Below are positions 47,364-57,457 of a DNA stretch of 64,000 nucleotides, one piece after another. Numbering within the stretch: position 1 is the stretch's first letter; each line of letters opens with the position of its first letter. The notes beneath the pieces were generated by a model that worked only from the letters and a program-made list of their open reading frames with translations, did no database searches and had not been told where the DNA came from. The stretch covers positions 9,105 through 73,104 of the forward strand of contig CALJVH010000024.1 of the NCBI GenBank assembly GCA_937974645.1, in the 5' to 3' direction. The stretch comes from an uncultured archaeon (GTDB lineage: Archaea; Thermoproteota; Nitrososphaeria_A; Caldarchaeales; Wolframiiraptoraceae). A program made the translations under genes and the position numbers.

Positions 47364-48656
47364 ATGTTAAGTTACTCGACGATGAGGGAGCGGAGGAAAG
47401 GGTTTCCGAGGCTGACGAGGATTGAGGATGCGCAAGACATGCTGAGAAAGAGAATTCTTCATAGGATAATGGAGGTTGAGGAGATAGAGCTCATAGTGGC
47501 GACCGGTAGGGTCTGTGGCGAGGACGTACGGTCGCCGATGGATTCACCAGTATATGATAGAAGTGCTGTTGATGGGTACGCGGCCGTGGCCGAGGATACT
47601 TTCGGGGCCTCGCCGACGAATCCAGTGGAGCTTAGGCTTGTTGGCAGGATTGAACTCGGCGTGGATCCATCGAGCCTTCCAGAGATTCGGAGAGGTGAGG
47701 TGGTGGAGGTGCAAACCGGGGGGCCGGTTCCGCTGGGGGCGAACGCCATTATCCCATTCGAGCATGCTCGAAGAATCGGCGAGCGGGTAGAGGTGTATGA
47801 GCATGTACGACCGCTTCAGAATATCTCTAGGAGGGGTGAGGATTATCGGAGGGGCGAGATCGTCTTGAGAAGAGGCTGGTTGATTAAGCCATGGCATATC
47901 GCGGCCCTAGCATCACTCGGCTTCCGGAGCCTAAAGGTTCTTAGAAGACCTCGGGTCGCCATTCTCTCTACTGGAGGGGAGCTCATCGAGCCCGGAGAGG
48001 AACCTGTTCCAGGAAAAGTGTATAATTGCACGAGACCTATGCTTCAGGCAATGCTTCTGTCACATGGCGCCGAGCCAATTGATTTGGGCATAGCTCCGGA
48101 TGATGTTGAGCTTATCTCCGAGAGAGTTTCTGAGGAGTTGGCGAGGGTTGATGCCGTGATAGTCACTGGCGGCACAAGCGTTGGGAAGCGTGATCTCGTG
48201 CCGGAGGCGCTTTCAAGGATCAGCGAGATAGTGGTTCACGGCCTCGCGATCAGGCCAGGTAAGCCCGCCGGCTTCGCGACAACATCTGGTAAGCCAATCT
48301 TCATGCTCTCTGGCTTCCCGGTCGCGGCGTTAATAGGGTTTCAAGAGCTCGTCCTCCCGGCCCTAGAACTCATGCTGGGATGCAGGTTTGACCCACCTCC
48401 AAGGATAAGGGGGAGGCTTATCAGGAGAGTAGCATCTCCGCCAGGAGTCAGGACGTATGCTAGGGTTAAGGTCTTCAGGGGCGAAGGCGGAGAGATTTTA
48501 ATCGAGCCGCTGAGGGTCACTGGCTCTGGCATCCTCTCAACTCTTACTCGCGGGAATGGCTTGCTGGTCATTCCGGAAGAGCTCGAGGGCTTTGATGATA
48601 ACTCTGAGGTGGAAGTTATTCTCCTTTCGCCCCTCTTCGAGGGTGATGCGGCTTGA
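47364..48656 (+). CDS. moeA: Molybdopterin molybdenum/tungsten transferase MoeA
   Basis: SPMDSPVYDRSAVDGYA, VQTGGPVP and TGGTSVGKRD motifs. 430 aa. Confidence 0.85.
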   Translation: MLSYSTMRERRKGFPRLTRIEDAQDMLRKRILHRIMEVEEIELIVATGRVCGEDVRSPMDSPVYDRSAVDGYAAVAEDTFGASPTNPVELRLVGRIELGVDPSSLPEIRRGEVVEVQTGGPVPLGANAIIPFEHARRIGERVEVYEHVRPLQNISRRGEDYRRGEIVLRRGWLIKPWHIAALASLGFRSLKVLRRPRVAILSTGGELIEPGEEPVPGKVYNCTRPMLQAMLLSHGAEPIDLGIAPDDVELISERVSEELARVDAVIVTGGTSVGKRDLVPEALSRISEIVVHGLAIRPGKPAGFATTSGKPIFMLSGFPVAALIGFQELVLPALELMLGCRFDPPPRIRGRLIRRVASPPGVRTYARVKVFRGEGGEILIEPLRVTGSGILSTLTRGNGLLVIPEELEGFDDNSEVEVILLSPLFEGDAA

Positions 48657-50584
48657 GGAAGATCTTCCACGAGCTTCCAACGCTTCACGAAGCACTGGGG
48701 CGAGTTCTAGAAAATATCTCGCCCCTCGGGATCGAGGAGGTGAGCTTAGAGGACGCTCGAGGCAGGGTCTTAGCATCAGACGTATACGCCGAGATTAACT
48801 CGCCCCCCTTCGATAGATCGCTTGTTGACGGGTATGCTGTTAGAGCGGAGGACACTTATCAGGCCGATGAAGATAATCCTGTCGGGCTTAGGCTCGTCGG
48901 CGAGGTTGAGGTTGGCGAGAGGCCGCGTGTATCCATTGGAGAGGGCGAGTGTGCCGAGATTTCGACGGGCGCGCCTATACCGCGCGGAGCGAATGCCGTC
49001 GTCATGGTGGAGTATACAAGCCAGTCCGGCGACAGAGTGAAGATTTTCAGGGCCGTGAGGCCAGGGGAGAATATAGCACAGGCCGGCTCTGATGTCTCGG
49101 CGGGAGACCTCGTCTTAAGGAGGGGAAGAATATTGACTAGTAGAGAGATTGCGGCTCTAGCCGCGCTCGGATGCTTTAAAGTGAAGGTGTATAGGAAGCC
49201 GAGGATCGCGGTCTTCTCGATTGGGAGGGAGCTCGTCAGGCCGGGGCAGCCCCTTAAGCTCGGGACCATATATGATGTCAACGGCTACTCGATTCCCGGC
49301 ATGCTGGCAGAGCTCGGCCTTAGCGTGGAGTTCAAGGGGATACTGCCGGATGATGAGGAGGTGATCCTCGAGGAAGTCGGTAAGGCGCTTCAGGAAAATG
49401 ATGTAGTGATAACTTCCGGTGGGACATCAGCCGGTCTCGGAGACCTCACTTACAAGGCCTTCGAGAGGCTTGGGAGGCTCATCGTTCACGGTATTAGGGT
49501 TAAGCCCGGTAAGCCGACGATAATCGCGGTCACGCCCGATGGTAAGCTTCTTGTTGGTCTGCCCGGCTTCCCTCTCTCGGCGATGATGCTCTTTATCTCG
49601 CTCGTCAAGCCAATTCTCATGAGGCTCATGGGAGCCGATTTCCAAGAGCCGGATGCCATTCAAGCTGAGGCGGCCTTCAGGCTAAATCTCGGAGGCAGAA
49701 CTCACTTGATCCCCGTGCACCTAGTCGCCGCGCCGAAGGGCTTAAGAGCTTACCCGGTGCTGGGGGACTCAGGCTCAACCTCCGCGCTACTTGATGCTGA
49801 TGGCTTCGTAGAAATACCGGGTGAGAAGCAGTTTCTCGACGAGGGCGAGATTATTGAGGTTAGGCTTCTCAGGAGATTCAGGCCTGCAAGCGCCGTGGTA
49901 ATCGGAAGTCACTGCCCCGCGCTGGATCTACTCATAGACGCCGCCGGGTTAATGAATGTCAAGCTGATTAATGTGGGCTCTCTCGGCGGATGGCTCGCGC
50001 TCAAGAGGGGCGAGGCCGACATAGCAGGGACACATCTCCTCGACGAAGGGACGATGACATATAATGTCCACATGCCGAGGAGGCTTGGGCTTGAGGATGA
50101 TGTCGAGATCTATGGAGGGTATGTAAGGGAGATAGGCTTCATAACGGCTCCCAAGAACCCGAAGAACATCAAGGGCTTCGAGGACCTGCTGAGGCCTGAT
50201 GTGACCTTCGTTAACAGGGTTCCCGGATCAGGGATAAGAACATTCACGGATCTACAGCTCAAGAGACTCGGGGTAATCAATCCCGAGAAGAGTATAATGG
50301 GATACACTTACCAGATGAAGACCCATACGGGTGTTGCGGCCGCGATCGCTCAGGGAAGAGCTGATGTCGGGATAGCGGTCGGCTACGTCGCCAAGATATA
50401 TGGCCTCGAGTTCATCCACCTGGCGGATGAGAGATTCGACCTCGCTGTGCGCAGGGATAGACTTTACAAGGACTCCATTAAGGCGATCTTGGAAGCATTA
50501 AGAAGTAGGGGCTTCGCCGAGAAGCTGAGCAGGCTACCGCACTACAGGATTACGGAAGATACCGGGAGAAGACTCTATCCCTGA
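48653..50584 (+). CDS. moeA: MoeA fused to a C-terminal periplasmic-binding-protein-like (molybdate/tungstate-binding-like) domain
   Basis: The N-terminal roughly 400 aa are MoeA-like (SPPFDRSLVDGYA, ISTGAPIP, SGGTSAGLGD). The C-terminal roughly 230 aa are PBP-like (VIGSHCPALDLL...). The TTG start overlaps the upstream stop. Confidence 0.8.
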   Translation: MRKIFHELPTLHEALGRVLENISPLGIEEVSLEDARGRVLASDVYAEINSPPFDRSLVDGYAVRAEDTYQADEDNPVGLRLVGEVEVGERPRVSIGEGECAEISTGAPIPRGANAVVMVEYTSQSGDRVKIFRAVRPGENIAQAGSDVSAGDLVLRRGRILTSREIAALAALGCFKVKVYRKPRIAVFSIGRELVRPGQPLKLGTIYDVNGYSIPGMLAELGLSVEFKGILPDDEEVILEEVGKALQENDVVITSGGTSAGLGDLTYKAFERLGRLIVHGIRVKPGKPTIIAVTPDGKLLVGLPGFPLSAMMLFISLVKPILMRLMGADFQEPDAIQAEAAFRLNLGGRTHLIPVHLVAAPKGLRAYPVLGDSGSTSALLDADGFVEIPGEKQFLDEGEIIEVRLLRRFRPASAVVIGSHCPALDLLIDAAGLMNVKLINVGSLGGWLALKRGEADIAGTHLLDEGTMTYNVHMPRRLGLEDDVEIYGGYVREIGFITAPKNPKNIKGFEDLLRPDVTFVNRVPGSGIRTFTDLQLKRLGVINPEKSIMGYTYQMKTHTGVAAAIAQGRADVGIAVGYVAKIYGLEFIHLADERFDLAVRRDRLYKDSIKAILEALRSRGFAEKLSRLPHYRITEDTGRRLYP

Positions 50585-50645
50585 ATATGAGGGCGAAAGT
50601 AAATGGAATAAAGACTTTTATATGTAGCTCTGACATCAACTTATT

Positions 50646-52469
50646 GTGACATCTGTAAGTGGTTATGCGAATAGGATAGCTTGGGTTGATCTTGCGGAAA
50701 AGCATGTTGAATACTTGGAAGTTGATGAGGATGATGTTGCGAAGTTCATTGGTGGGAGGGGTCTTGGTGGAAGATTTCTCCTGAAGCATGCTGTTGGTAA
50801 GGATCCCTTATCCCCCGAGAATATTCTCGCGATCATGGTTGGGCCGATGACGGGCAGTGAGGCCCCCCTCTCTAACAGAATCGCGGCTGTAACGCGGTCG
50901 CCGCTCACGGGAGGGTTCGCTGATAGCCATTGCGGCGGATACGCTGGGCCGGCTCTCAAGCTCTCGGGCTTCGATGGCGTGGTGCTTTCCGGCGCGTCGG
51001 AGAAACCAGTCTTGCTTATCGCTAAGAATGGCGGGATCACGATCGAGGACGCGAGGGCGCTATGGGGCAAGACCACATTCGATTCGTACCAGTCGGTTAA
51101 GAGAAAATATGGTGCGGAGGCCGTATTTTATGGAATCGGACCTGCCGGAGAGAACCTAGTGAGGCTCGCCAACATAATGCATTTCAGCAGGTTCGCGCCC
51201 GGCGGCAGGGCTTCTGGGAGATGCGGCACTGGGGCGGTAATGGGCAGTAAGAGGGTTAAGGGGCTTGTAATGTTACCCGATCTTAAGAAGAAGCCTCAGC
51301 CCGCTAACCCGGACAAGTTCAAGAAGGCAATTGATGAGTCGCTCAGAAAGATTCGGGAGAGCGAGATAACGAGCCCCGGGAAGGGCGCTCTATCAATTTA
51401 CGGAACCGGGGTCGTCGTGAACATTATAAACGAGCTTAAAGCGTATCCAACGAGGAATGCGAAGCAGACGATGTTCGAGGAGGCTTACTACACCTCAGGC
51501 GAGAACCTCCGTGGAACAATTCTGAGGAGGCAGTGGACCTGCTTCATGTGCCCCGTGGCGTGTAAGAGGGAGTCGGAGGTCAAGGATGGGAAGTTCAAGC
51601 ATGAGAGTGAGGGGCCCGAATATGAGACGCTCTGGGCTCTCGGGGCTATGACTGGACTCGGCCACGTGGAGGCCATATCATACCTGAACTACCTCGCGAA
51701 CATGTATGGACTTGATACAATAGAGCTCGGAAACACCCTTGCAGTCGCGTGCGAGGCCTCGGAGAGAGGGCTGATAAAGGATTCGGTGAAGTGGGGCGAT
51801 GCGGACGCCTTCGCCGAGCTATTGAAGAAGATAGCTTATCGCGAGGGCGAGCTCGGCAATCTGCTGGCCGAGGGAGGGGCGAATGCGGCGGAGAAGCTCG
51901 GCGCGCCGGAGCTCTCCATGTCCGTCAAGAAGCTGAGCATACCGGCCTACGACCCAAGGGGCCTTAAGGGCATGGGACTGACCTACGCGACCTCGAATAG
52001 AGGCGCTTGTCATCTTAGAGCATACGCGGTATCTTCTGAGGTCTTTGGCATACCATACAAGACTGATCCGCTGGCCTACGACGGCAAGGTAGACGTGGTA
52101 ATATACTTCGAGAGATTATTCGCGCTCATGGACAGCATGACATTCTGCAAGTTCAGCACATTCGCGATGACGAAGGAGGATTACGCCGCACTGTACTCCG
52201 GGCTGACAGGCATAGAGGTCGATACGGAGGACTTGGACGAGATAGGGGAGAGAATCTGGACTCAGGAGAGGTACTTCAACCAGCTTCACGGCTTCTCCCG
52301 GAAGGACGACATACTGCCGAGGAGATTCTTCGAGGAGCCATCATCACATGGCCAAGTCTATGACAGAGAGACATTCGAGAAGATGCTTGACGAATACTAC
52401 CGGAAGCACGGCTATGATCCCGATGGAACAGTTCCTGAGAGGACTCTCAAGAATCTTGGAATAATCTAA
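50646..52469 (+). CDS. aor: Aldehyde:ferredoxin oxidoreductase family tungstoenzyme (AOR-like size)
   Basis: 607 aa. N-terminal IAWVDL, 4Fe-4S ligand motif CFMCPVAC, GLDT and other AOR family motifs. Confidence 0.85.
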   Translation: MTSVSGYANRIAWVDLAEKHVEYLEVDEDDVAKFIGGRGLGGRFLLKHAVGKDPLSPENILAIMVGPMTGSEAPLSNRIAAVTRSPLTGGFADSHCGGYAGPALKLSGFDGVVLSGASEKPVLLIAKNGGITIEDARALWGKTTFDSYQSVKRKYGAEAVFYGIGPAGENLVRLANIMHFSRFAPGGRASGRCGTGAVMGSKRVKGLVMLPDLKKKPQPANPDKFKKAIDESLRKIRESEITSPGKGALSIYGTGVVVNIINELKAYPTRNAKQTMFEEAYYTSGENLRGTILRRQWTCFMCPVACKRESEVKDGKFKHESEGPEYETLWALGAMTGLGHVEAISYLNYLANMYGLDTIELGNTLAVACEASERGLIKDSVKWGDADAFAELLKKIAYREGELGNLLAEGGANAAEKLGAPELSMSVKKLSIPAYDPRGLKGMGLTYATSNRGACHLRAYAVSSEVFGIPYKTDPLAYDGKVDVVIYFERLFALMDSMTFCKFSTFAMTKEDYAALYSGLTGIEVDTEDLDEIGERIWTQERYFNQLHGFSRKDDILPRRFFEEPSSHGQVYDRETFEKMLDEYYRKHGYDPDGTVPERTLKNLGII

Positions 52470-52475
52470 ATCTCC

Positions 52476-53273
52476 TTATCCCTCCTCAATTTTTATTTTT
52501 CTGCAGACTGGGCAATCCGGATTCCTTCTGATTTCTATCGTGTAGAAGGAAAGATCCATTCCATCTATCACTATGAGCTTTCCGATCGCTGGCTCGCCGA
52601 GCCCGGTGATGACCTTTATCGCCTCAAGCGCTTCGAGGGCTCCGACTATCCCGGGAAGCGGCCCCAGAACCGGGATCTTGTCATGCTCCGCCGGTTCTCT
52701 CGGTATTAGGCATCTGAGGCATGGCCCTTTTCCCGGAATTATCGTCATCAGCCTTCCTTCGGCACCGTATATTGCTCCGTGGATGAGCGGCTTTCCATGC
52801 TCCACGCATGCATCATTTAGGATGAATCTAGTCCTAAAGTTGTCGAGGCAGTCGACTACGAGATCCACTCCGGATAGTAGCTCCTCGACATTCTCCTCGG
52901 TCAGCCTCTCTCTTATCGCCTCGATCTTTATCTCCGGGTTCAGCTTTTGAAGGTGCTTGGCGGCTGACTCGACCTTCGGCCTACCGAGATCAATCATTGT
53001 GTAGAGTATCTGCCGGTTAAGGTTGCTAAGCTCCACATCGCCGTAATCTACCATCCTTAGCAGTCCGACCCCGGCTGAGGCGAGGTAGAGCGTTGCAACC
53101 GATCCGAGCCCGCCGACCCCGACTACTAAAACTCTAGACCTCTTCAGCTTGAGCTGGCTCTCAACTCCAAATCCGAGAAGCCTCAGCTGCCTATCATATC
53201 TCTCAAGCTCCTCCGATGAGAGGTTAAGCTTATCCGCCAGCGACCGGTGGTATGAAGGCGACTGAATCTCCAT
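52476..53273 (-). CDS. E1-like MoeB/ThiF/UbaA-family adenylyltransferase (no rhodanese domain)
   Basis: YDRQLRLLG, VVGVGGLGS, and the CxxC pairs CLRC and CPVC. 265 aa. Overlaps the upstream MoaD-like gene by 44 nt. Confidence 0.85.
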   Translation of the reverse strand: MEIQSPSYHRSLADKLNLSSEELERYDRQLRLLGFGVESQLKLKRSRVLVVGVGGLGSVATLYLASAGVGLLRMVDYGDVELSNLNRQILYTMIDLGRPKVESAAKHLQKLNPEIKIEAIRERLTEENVEELLSGVDLVVDCLDNFRTRFILNDACVEHGKPLIHGAIYGAEGRLMTIIPGKGPCLRCLIPREPAEHDKIPVLGPLPGIVGALEALEAIKVITGLGEPAIGKLIVIDGMDLSFYTIEIRRNPDCPVCRKIKIEEG

Positions 53274-53523
53274 CCCTCAGCCTAGTCCCTAGACCATCTA
53301 AATACGTTATCTCCCTTCCATTAACTAGGATCTTCACGTTGGGGTTCTCTCCCACAAGCCTACCAACATCCAGCTTAGATCCGTATTGCTTCCTGAGTTC
53401 TCTGAGCAGGTCCTCTATTGTTGAGCCCTCTGGAAGTTCGAGGTAGAGCACCCCAGTCCCGCCAAATATCTCCCGGAGTGTGGCGAAGGTCCTAATAATA
53501 ACTTTCAAAGAGTCCTCCTCCAT
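53230..53523 (-). CDS. MoaD/SAMP-type ubiquitin-like protein ending in Gly-Gly
   Basis: 97 aa, FATLREIFG near the N-terminus, C-terminus LRDGDSVAFIPPVAGG. Confidence 0.8.
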   Translation of the reverse strand: MEEDSLKVIIRTFATLREIFGGTGVLYLELPEGSTIEDLLRELRKQYGSKLDVGRLVGENPNVKILVNGREITYLDGLGTRLRDGDSVAFIPPVAGG

Positions 53524-53580
53524 AAGACTCTCGTCGCTCGAGAGATTTATCTTTTAGGCCGGTGAGCGTTATTCTAGGCC

Positions 53581-54372
53581 TCAGACTTTCACCCAGTCAA
53601 TTCCGAGATCCCTGAAAATGGATAGCAGAAGCTCGCGATCCTGACCCTTTAAACCCTTCCAGTCTATGACTGCGAGTTTGGTTTTCTCTATCGTCTTCTC
53701 GAGCGCTTGCTCGACGAGCTCATGATCAACCGGCATGGCGTATTTCGGACAGATGTGGCCGAATGAATATTTGCTAGCTAGGGCGAGCCTCGTGAAGGAG
53801 GGAGCATAGTGCCCCCCGCCGAAGCCTATGGCCGGCGGCGGCCCCGAGCTGGTCTCACAAGCCTTGATACATGCGTGGGCAACGGCCTCCACTGCCCTTT
53901 GATCTGGCATCTCCTCGGAGGGGCCTCCAGCCTCTATGAAGATCGTTGGTATTGATGTGGCCGGGCCATGGTGAGTAACCTCCAGCCCGATGCTCCATTC
54001 ATTCAGCCCAAGCCTTGAGGCGGCGTCGTAGAGCGCCCTCAGGGCGCCGTAGATGGCTATCGCGCTCGTCGGCGACAACGTTCTCGGGAGGCCTCCCACC
54101 GGCGCCTCATCGCCCCAATTCCCTACCGGGTGCGTTAGAAGAGCCCTTATCCCAGCCTCCGACCTATGTGAGGATGCGATGACCTGGAGCTCGGGTTTTA
54201 GATCCTCGCCCAGCCCATCTACATCAACATGCCTCCCCTCTATCACCTTGAGGTAGATGTCTCCTCCCACGTAAAGCCTGTCTTCAATGGGCTTGAAGCC
54301 ATGCCTCTCGATTAGCAGCCTTCCGACGAGCATGGAGATCCTATCAGCCTCCGAGACCACTATCAGCTTCAT
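53581..54372 (-). CDS. dtdA: D-aminoacyl-tRNA deacylase, archaeal DTD2 type
   Basis: MKLIVVSEADRIS start. SSHRSE, LTHPVGNWG, EVTHHGP and GGGHYAP motifs are characteristic of DTD2. Start chosen at the internal ATG. Confidence 0.75.
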   Translation of the reverse strand: MKLIVVSEADRISMLVGRLLIERHGFKPIEDRLYVGGDIYLKVIEGRHVDVDGLGEDLKPELQVIASSHRSEAGIRALLTHPVGNWGDEAPVGGLPRTLSPTSAIAIYGALRALYDAASRLGLNEWSIGLEVTHHGPATSIPTIFIEAGGPSEEMPDQRAVEAVAHACIKACETSSGPPPAIGFGGGHYAPSFTRLALASKYSFGHICPKYAMPVDHELVEQALEKTIEKTKLAVIDWKGLKGQDRELLLSIFRDLGIDWVKV

Positions 54373-54445
54373 TTTCTTCTCTCCGGGGTGGGGGTAAGTT
54401 TCCGACATTCCTCTAAAATATTACCTTCTCCAAATTGGAGGCTGG

Positions 54446-55300
54446 ATGAGATTCAGGGCGCTGAGAAAGCCCCTGATATGCAGTCATGTCGCCGGCCAGC
54501 TTCTTGAGGGCAGGCGCCGAGGCCTCAGAAGCGTCGGAGCATCATTCAATCTCGGGAGGAGCTATGTGGAGGCTGAGCTCCTGGATCGCGGGATACGCTA
54601 TGAGGAGGTAGAGCTTGATTGGGATCACATCAAGCTGGCTTATTCGAGGAAGAGAGACATATACGCGATTGAGGAGGGCGAGCTTATCCCTCTCTCTATA
54701 GCATCAGAGCACTTCTATAAGCTCGTCTTGGTCAAGTGGGGTAAGCCTCCGACGCTTGAGATAGATGGAATACACATGCATAGGACACTTGATGTTACCC
54801 CGGACGTAGACTCGGAGATGAAGGTATCTCTTCTTGGCGACCTCAGATGCAATAGAGTCCTCGACGTCTGCACGGGGCTCGGCTACACAGCGATAGCAGC
54901 CCTTAAGAGGGGCGCTTGTTCGATCACGACGATAGAAAAGGACGAAAACGTGCTGAGGCTCGCCGCGCTCAACCCATGCTCATGGGAGCTCGAGGATGAT
55001 CGGGTTGAGCTCATATCGGGAGACGCATTCGAGGCAGTAGATGAGTTTGAGGGCGAGTTCGACGCCGTGATCCATGATCCTCCAAGAATGTCTTTAGCCG
55101 GGAGCCTGTATAGCCTCGAGTTCTACCTGAAGCTCGCCAAGGCTCTCAAGCCCGATGGGAGGATCGTGCATTACGTCGGCCAACCGGGCATCCATAAGGG
55201 GAGAAAGATATGGAAGGGAGTCCTCGAGAGGCTCAGGCAAGCGGGCTTCGATGTAAGCTACGATGAGAGGTCCCGCTGCGTCTATGGCAGGAAACGCTAA
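54446..55300 (+). CDS. Class I SAM-dependent methyltransferase (COG2521-like predicted archaeal methyltransferase)
   Basis: SAM-binding VLDVCTGLGYTAI, TIEKD, and DAVIHDPPR. 284 aa. Confidence 0.55.
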   Translation: MRFRALRKPLICSHVAGQLLEGRRRGLRSVGASFNLGRSYVEAELLDRGIRYEEVELDWDHIKLAYSRKRDIYAIEEGELIPLSIASEHFYKLVLVKWGKPPTLEIDGIHMHRTLDVTPDVDSEMKVSLLGDLRCNRVLDVCTGLGYTAIAALKRGACSITTIEKDENVLRLAALNPCSWELEDDRVELISGDAFEAVDEFEGEFDAVIHDPPRMSLAGSLYSLEFYLKLAKALKPDGRIVHYVGQPGIHKGRKIWKGVLERLRQAGFDVSYDERSRCVYGRKR

Positions 55301-55330
55301 TAGAGGCTATCATCCGGTTTTCTGCCGGAT

Positions 55331-56920
55331 ATGCCAAGGGAGATCATAGGCCATGGGACCTGGATGGATAAGGTCGCGGCGGAACTTATCGAGAGGGAGA
55401 AGAGACTTGGCAGGAGCCTCGGCTTGATAAGGACTGAGAGTGGGCTCGGCGCCTCCGGAATACCCCATGTCGGGAGCATGGCAGATGCCGTAAGAGCTTA
55501 CGGCGTGACGCTTGCCCTTAGAGAGTTCGGATACAACTCGGAATGCATAGCCTTCACGGATGATATGGATGGTCTGAGAAGGGTTCCAGCGGGAATGCCA
55601 AGGGAGCTTGATGAATATCTCTTAAAGCCCGTCTCATCCATCCCGGATCCTTACGGCTGCCATGAATCATTCGCCGCGCATATGAGTGGGATGCTGAGGG
55701 ATGGGCTCGAGAAAGCTGGGATAGAATGCAGATATGTATCGGGCAGGCAAGCCTATGCCTCCGGCCTCCTATCCGAGCAAATCCACAAGATCATGCTAAA
55801 CGCCGGGAGGATAGGCGAGAAGATAGAAGAGCTGACCGGCCAGATGAAGTTCAAGCAGATTCTCCCATATTTCGCCATATGCAAGAATTGCGGCAGAATC
55901 TACACTACACAGGCCTACGAATATGATTCGGAGAAGAGGGTTGTGAGGTATAGGTGCATCGGGGTGGAGGTTAGGGGGAGATACTTTGAGGGATGCGGAT
56001 ATGAGGGCGAGGCGGACATCAGAAGGGATGATGGCAAGCTTGCGTGGAAGACAGAATTCGCAGCAAGGTGGGCCGCCCTCGACATAAGGTTCGAGGCATA
56101 TGGCAAGGACATCGCGGACTCGGTGAAGGTGAATGATTGGGTTTCTAGGGAGGTCTTGGGATTCGAGCCGCCAATACACGTGCGATACGAAATGTTCTTG
56201 GACGCTTCTGGGAGGAAGATCTCGAAGTCTCTTGGAAACGTCTTCACGCCCCAACTCTGGTACAGGTATGGGATCCCGCAGAGCCTTCTCCTCCTCCTCT
56301 TCAAGCGGGCTATTGGAACCCGCGTGCTGATGCTCCAGACAATACCGAAGCTGATGGATGAGCTGGACTACCTCGAGGATGTCTACTTTGATAAGGTTAA
56401 GGTGGATAATGAGCTGGAGAGGGCCAAGCTCAAGGGATTATACCTCTACTCGCATCTCCTTAAGCCTCCCGAGAAGCCCTCACCCCACATATCATACTCC
56501 CTGATAGTGGAGCTAGCCCTGGTCGCGCCGGAGGGGAGGGAACCTGAGTTCGTCGCGGCGAGGCTCCAGAAATATGGATACGAAATTGATGAAAGAGTCG
56601 AGGAGAAGATCAAGCTCGCAATAAACTACGCGAAAGACTTGGGCGCTGTTGAGAAAAGGCCCGTCGAGCTATCCGAAGAGGAGAAGAGGGCGATCCTTGA
56701 GTTGATTGATCTGATAAAGGCGTCACGAAGCAGTGAGGAGGTTCAATCAGCAATCTTCCAGGCGGCGAGAAAAACCGGCCTATCACCAAAGGAGTTCTTC
56801 AAGAAACTCTATATGATACTCCTCGGTAGGGATAGCGGCCCGAGGCTCGGCCCTTTCCTTTGGGACTTAGGAAAGGATAGGGCGATAGAGATCCTCAGCT
56901 CAAGCCTCCAGCGGGGCTGA
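55331..56920 (+). CDS. lysK: Lysyl-tRNA synthetase, class I
   Basis: 529 aa. HIGH-like GIPHVGS, a Zn-like CKNCG, and a KMSKS-like KISKSLGN. Confidence 0.85.
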   Translation: MPREIIGHGTWMDKVAAELIEREKRLGRSLGLIRTESGLGASGIPHVGSMADAVRAYGVTLALREFGYNSECIAFTDDMDGLRRVPAGMPRELDEYLLKPVSSIPDPYGCHESFAAHMSGMLRDGLEKAGIECRYVSGRQAYASGLLSEQIHKIMLNAGRIGEKIEELTGQMKFKQILPYFAICKNCGRIYTTQAYEYDSEKRVVRYRCIGVEVRGRYFEGCGYEGEADIRRDDGKLAWKTEFAARWAALDIRFEAYGKDIADSVKVNDWVSREVLGFEPPIHVRYEMFLDASGRKISKSLGNVFTPQLWYRYGIPQSLLLLLFKRAIGTRVLMLQTIPKLMDELDYLEDVYFDKVKVDNELERAKLKGLYLYSHLLKPPEKPSPHISYSLIVELALVAPEGREPEFVAARLQKYGYEIDERVEEKIKLAINYAKDLGAVEKRPVELSEEEKRAILELIDLIKASRSSEEVQSAIFQAARKTGLSPKEFFKKLYMILLGRDSGPRLGPFLWDLGKDRAIEILSSSLQRG

Positions 56921-56976
56921 ATACTTATATTGCGGGCGATGGGCTGAGTATCGTCCAAAAGGGAGTCGTAAAGGAA

Positions 56977-57381
56977 ATGAGCGAATTGGTAAAGATAAGT
57001 CAGCTAACCCCGCGCTCTAGAAATGTGAATTTGGTCGCGAAAGTTGTTAGTAAGGCGCCAGAAAAGATTGTTTCTTCACAATATGATCAGAAGGAACATA
57101 GGCTTAGCGAGGCCCTAATAGCCGATGAGACGGGAGCGATAAACTTGGTCCTTTGGGACGAGAGGATAGACTATGTTAAAGAGGGCTCGACGATTAAAGT
57201 GACAAATGGTTTCATCAAGCTCTTCAAGGGAAGGATGCAGCTAAACCTAGGGCGATATGGATCTATTGAAGAAGTAGAGGTTGTTATAAAAGAGGTAAAC
57301 ATTGACAATAATCTCTCCGAGAACCCCCAGCCCTCAATGGGCTTCGGCAGAAGACCTCAAAAGCGTTTCAGGCGAAGATAA
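56977..57381 (+). CDS. ssb: Single OB-fold ssDNA-binding protein (crenarchaeal SSB type)
   Basis: NVNLVAKVVSK...LSEALIADETGAINLVLWDE...IKVTNGFIKLFKGRMQLNLGRYG followed by a flexible basic tail. 134 aa. Confidence 0.7.
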   Translation: MSELVKISQLTPRSRNVNLVAKVVSKAPEKIVSSQYDQKEHRLSEALIADETGAINLVLWDERIDYVKEGSTIKVTNGFIKLFKGRMQLNLGRYGSIEEVEVVIKEVNIDNNLSENPQPSMGFGRRPQKRFRRR

Positions 57382-57457
57382 GCTGGTAGCAGGCGGGGAT
57401 TTAGGGCCTCCCCAGGAAACCACTATTTTTATATCCTATTTAAAGAGATAAACTCAT

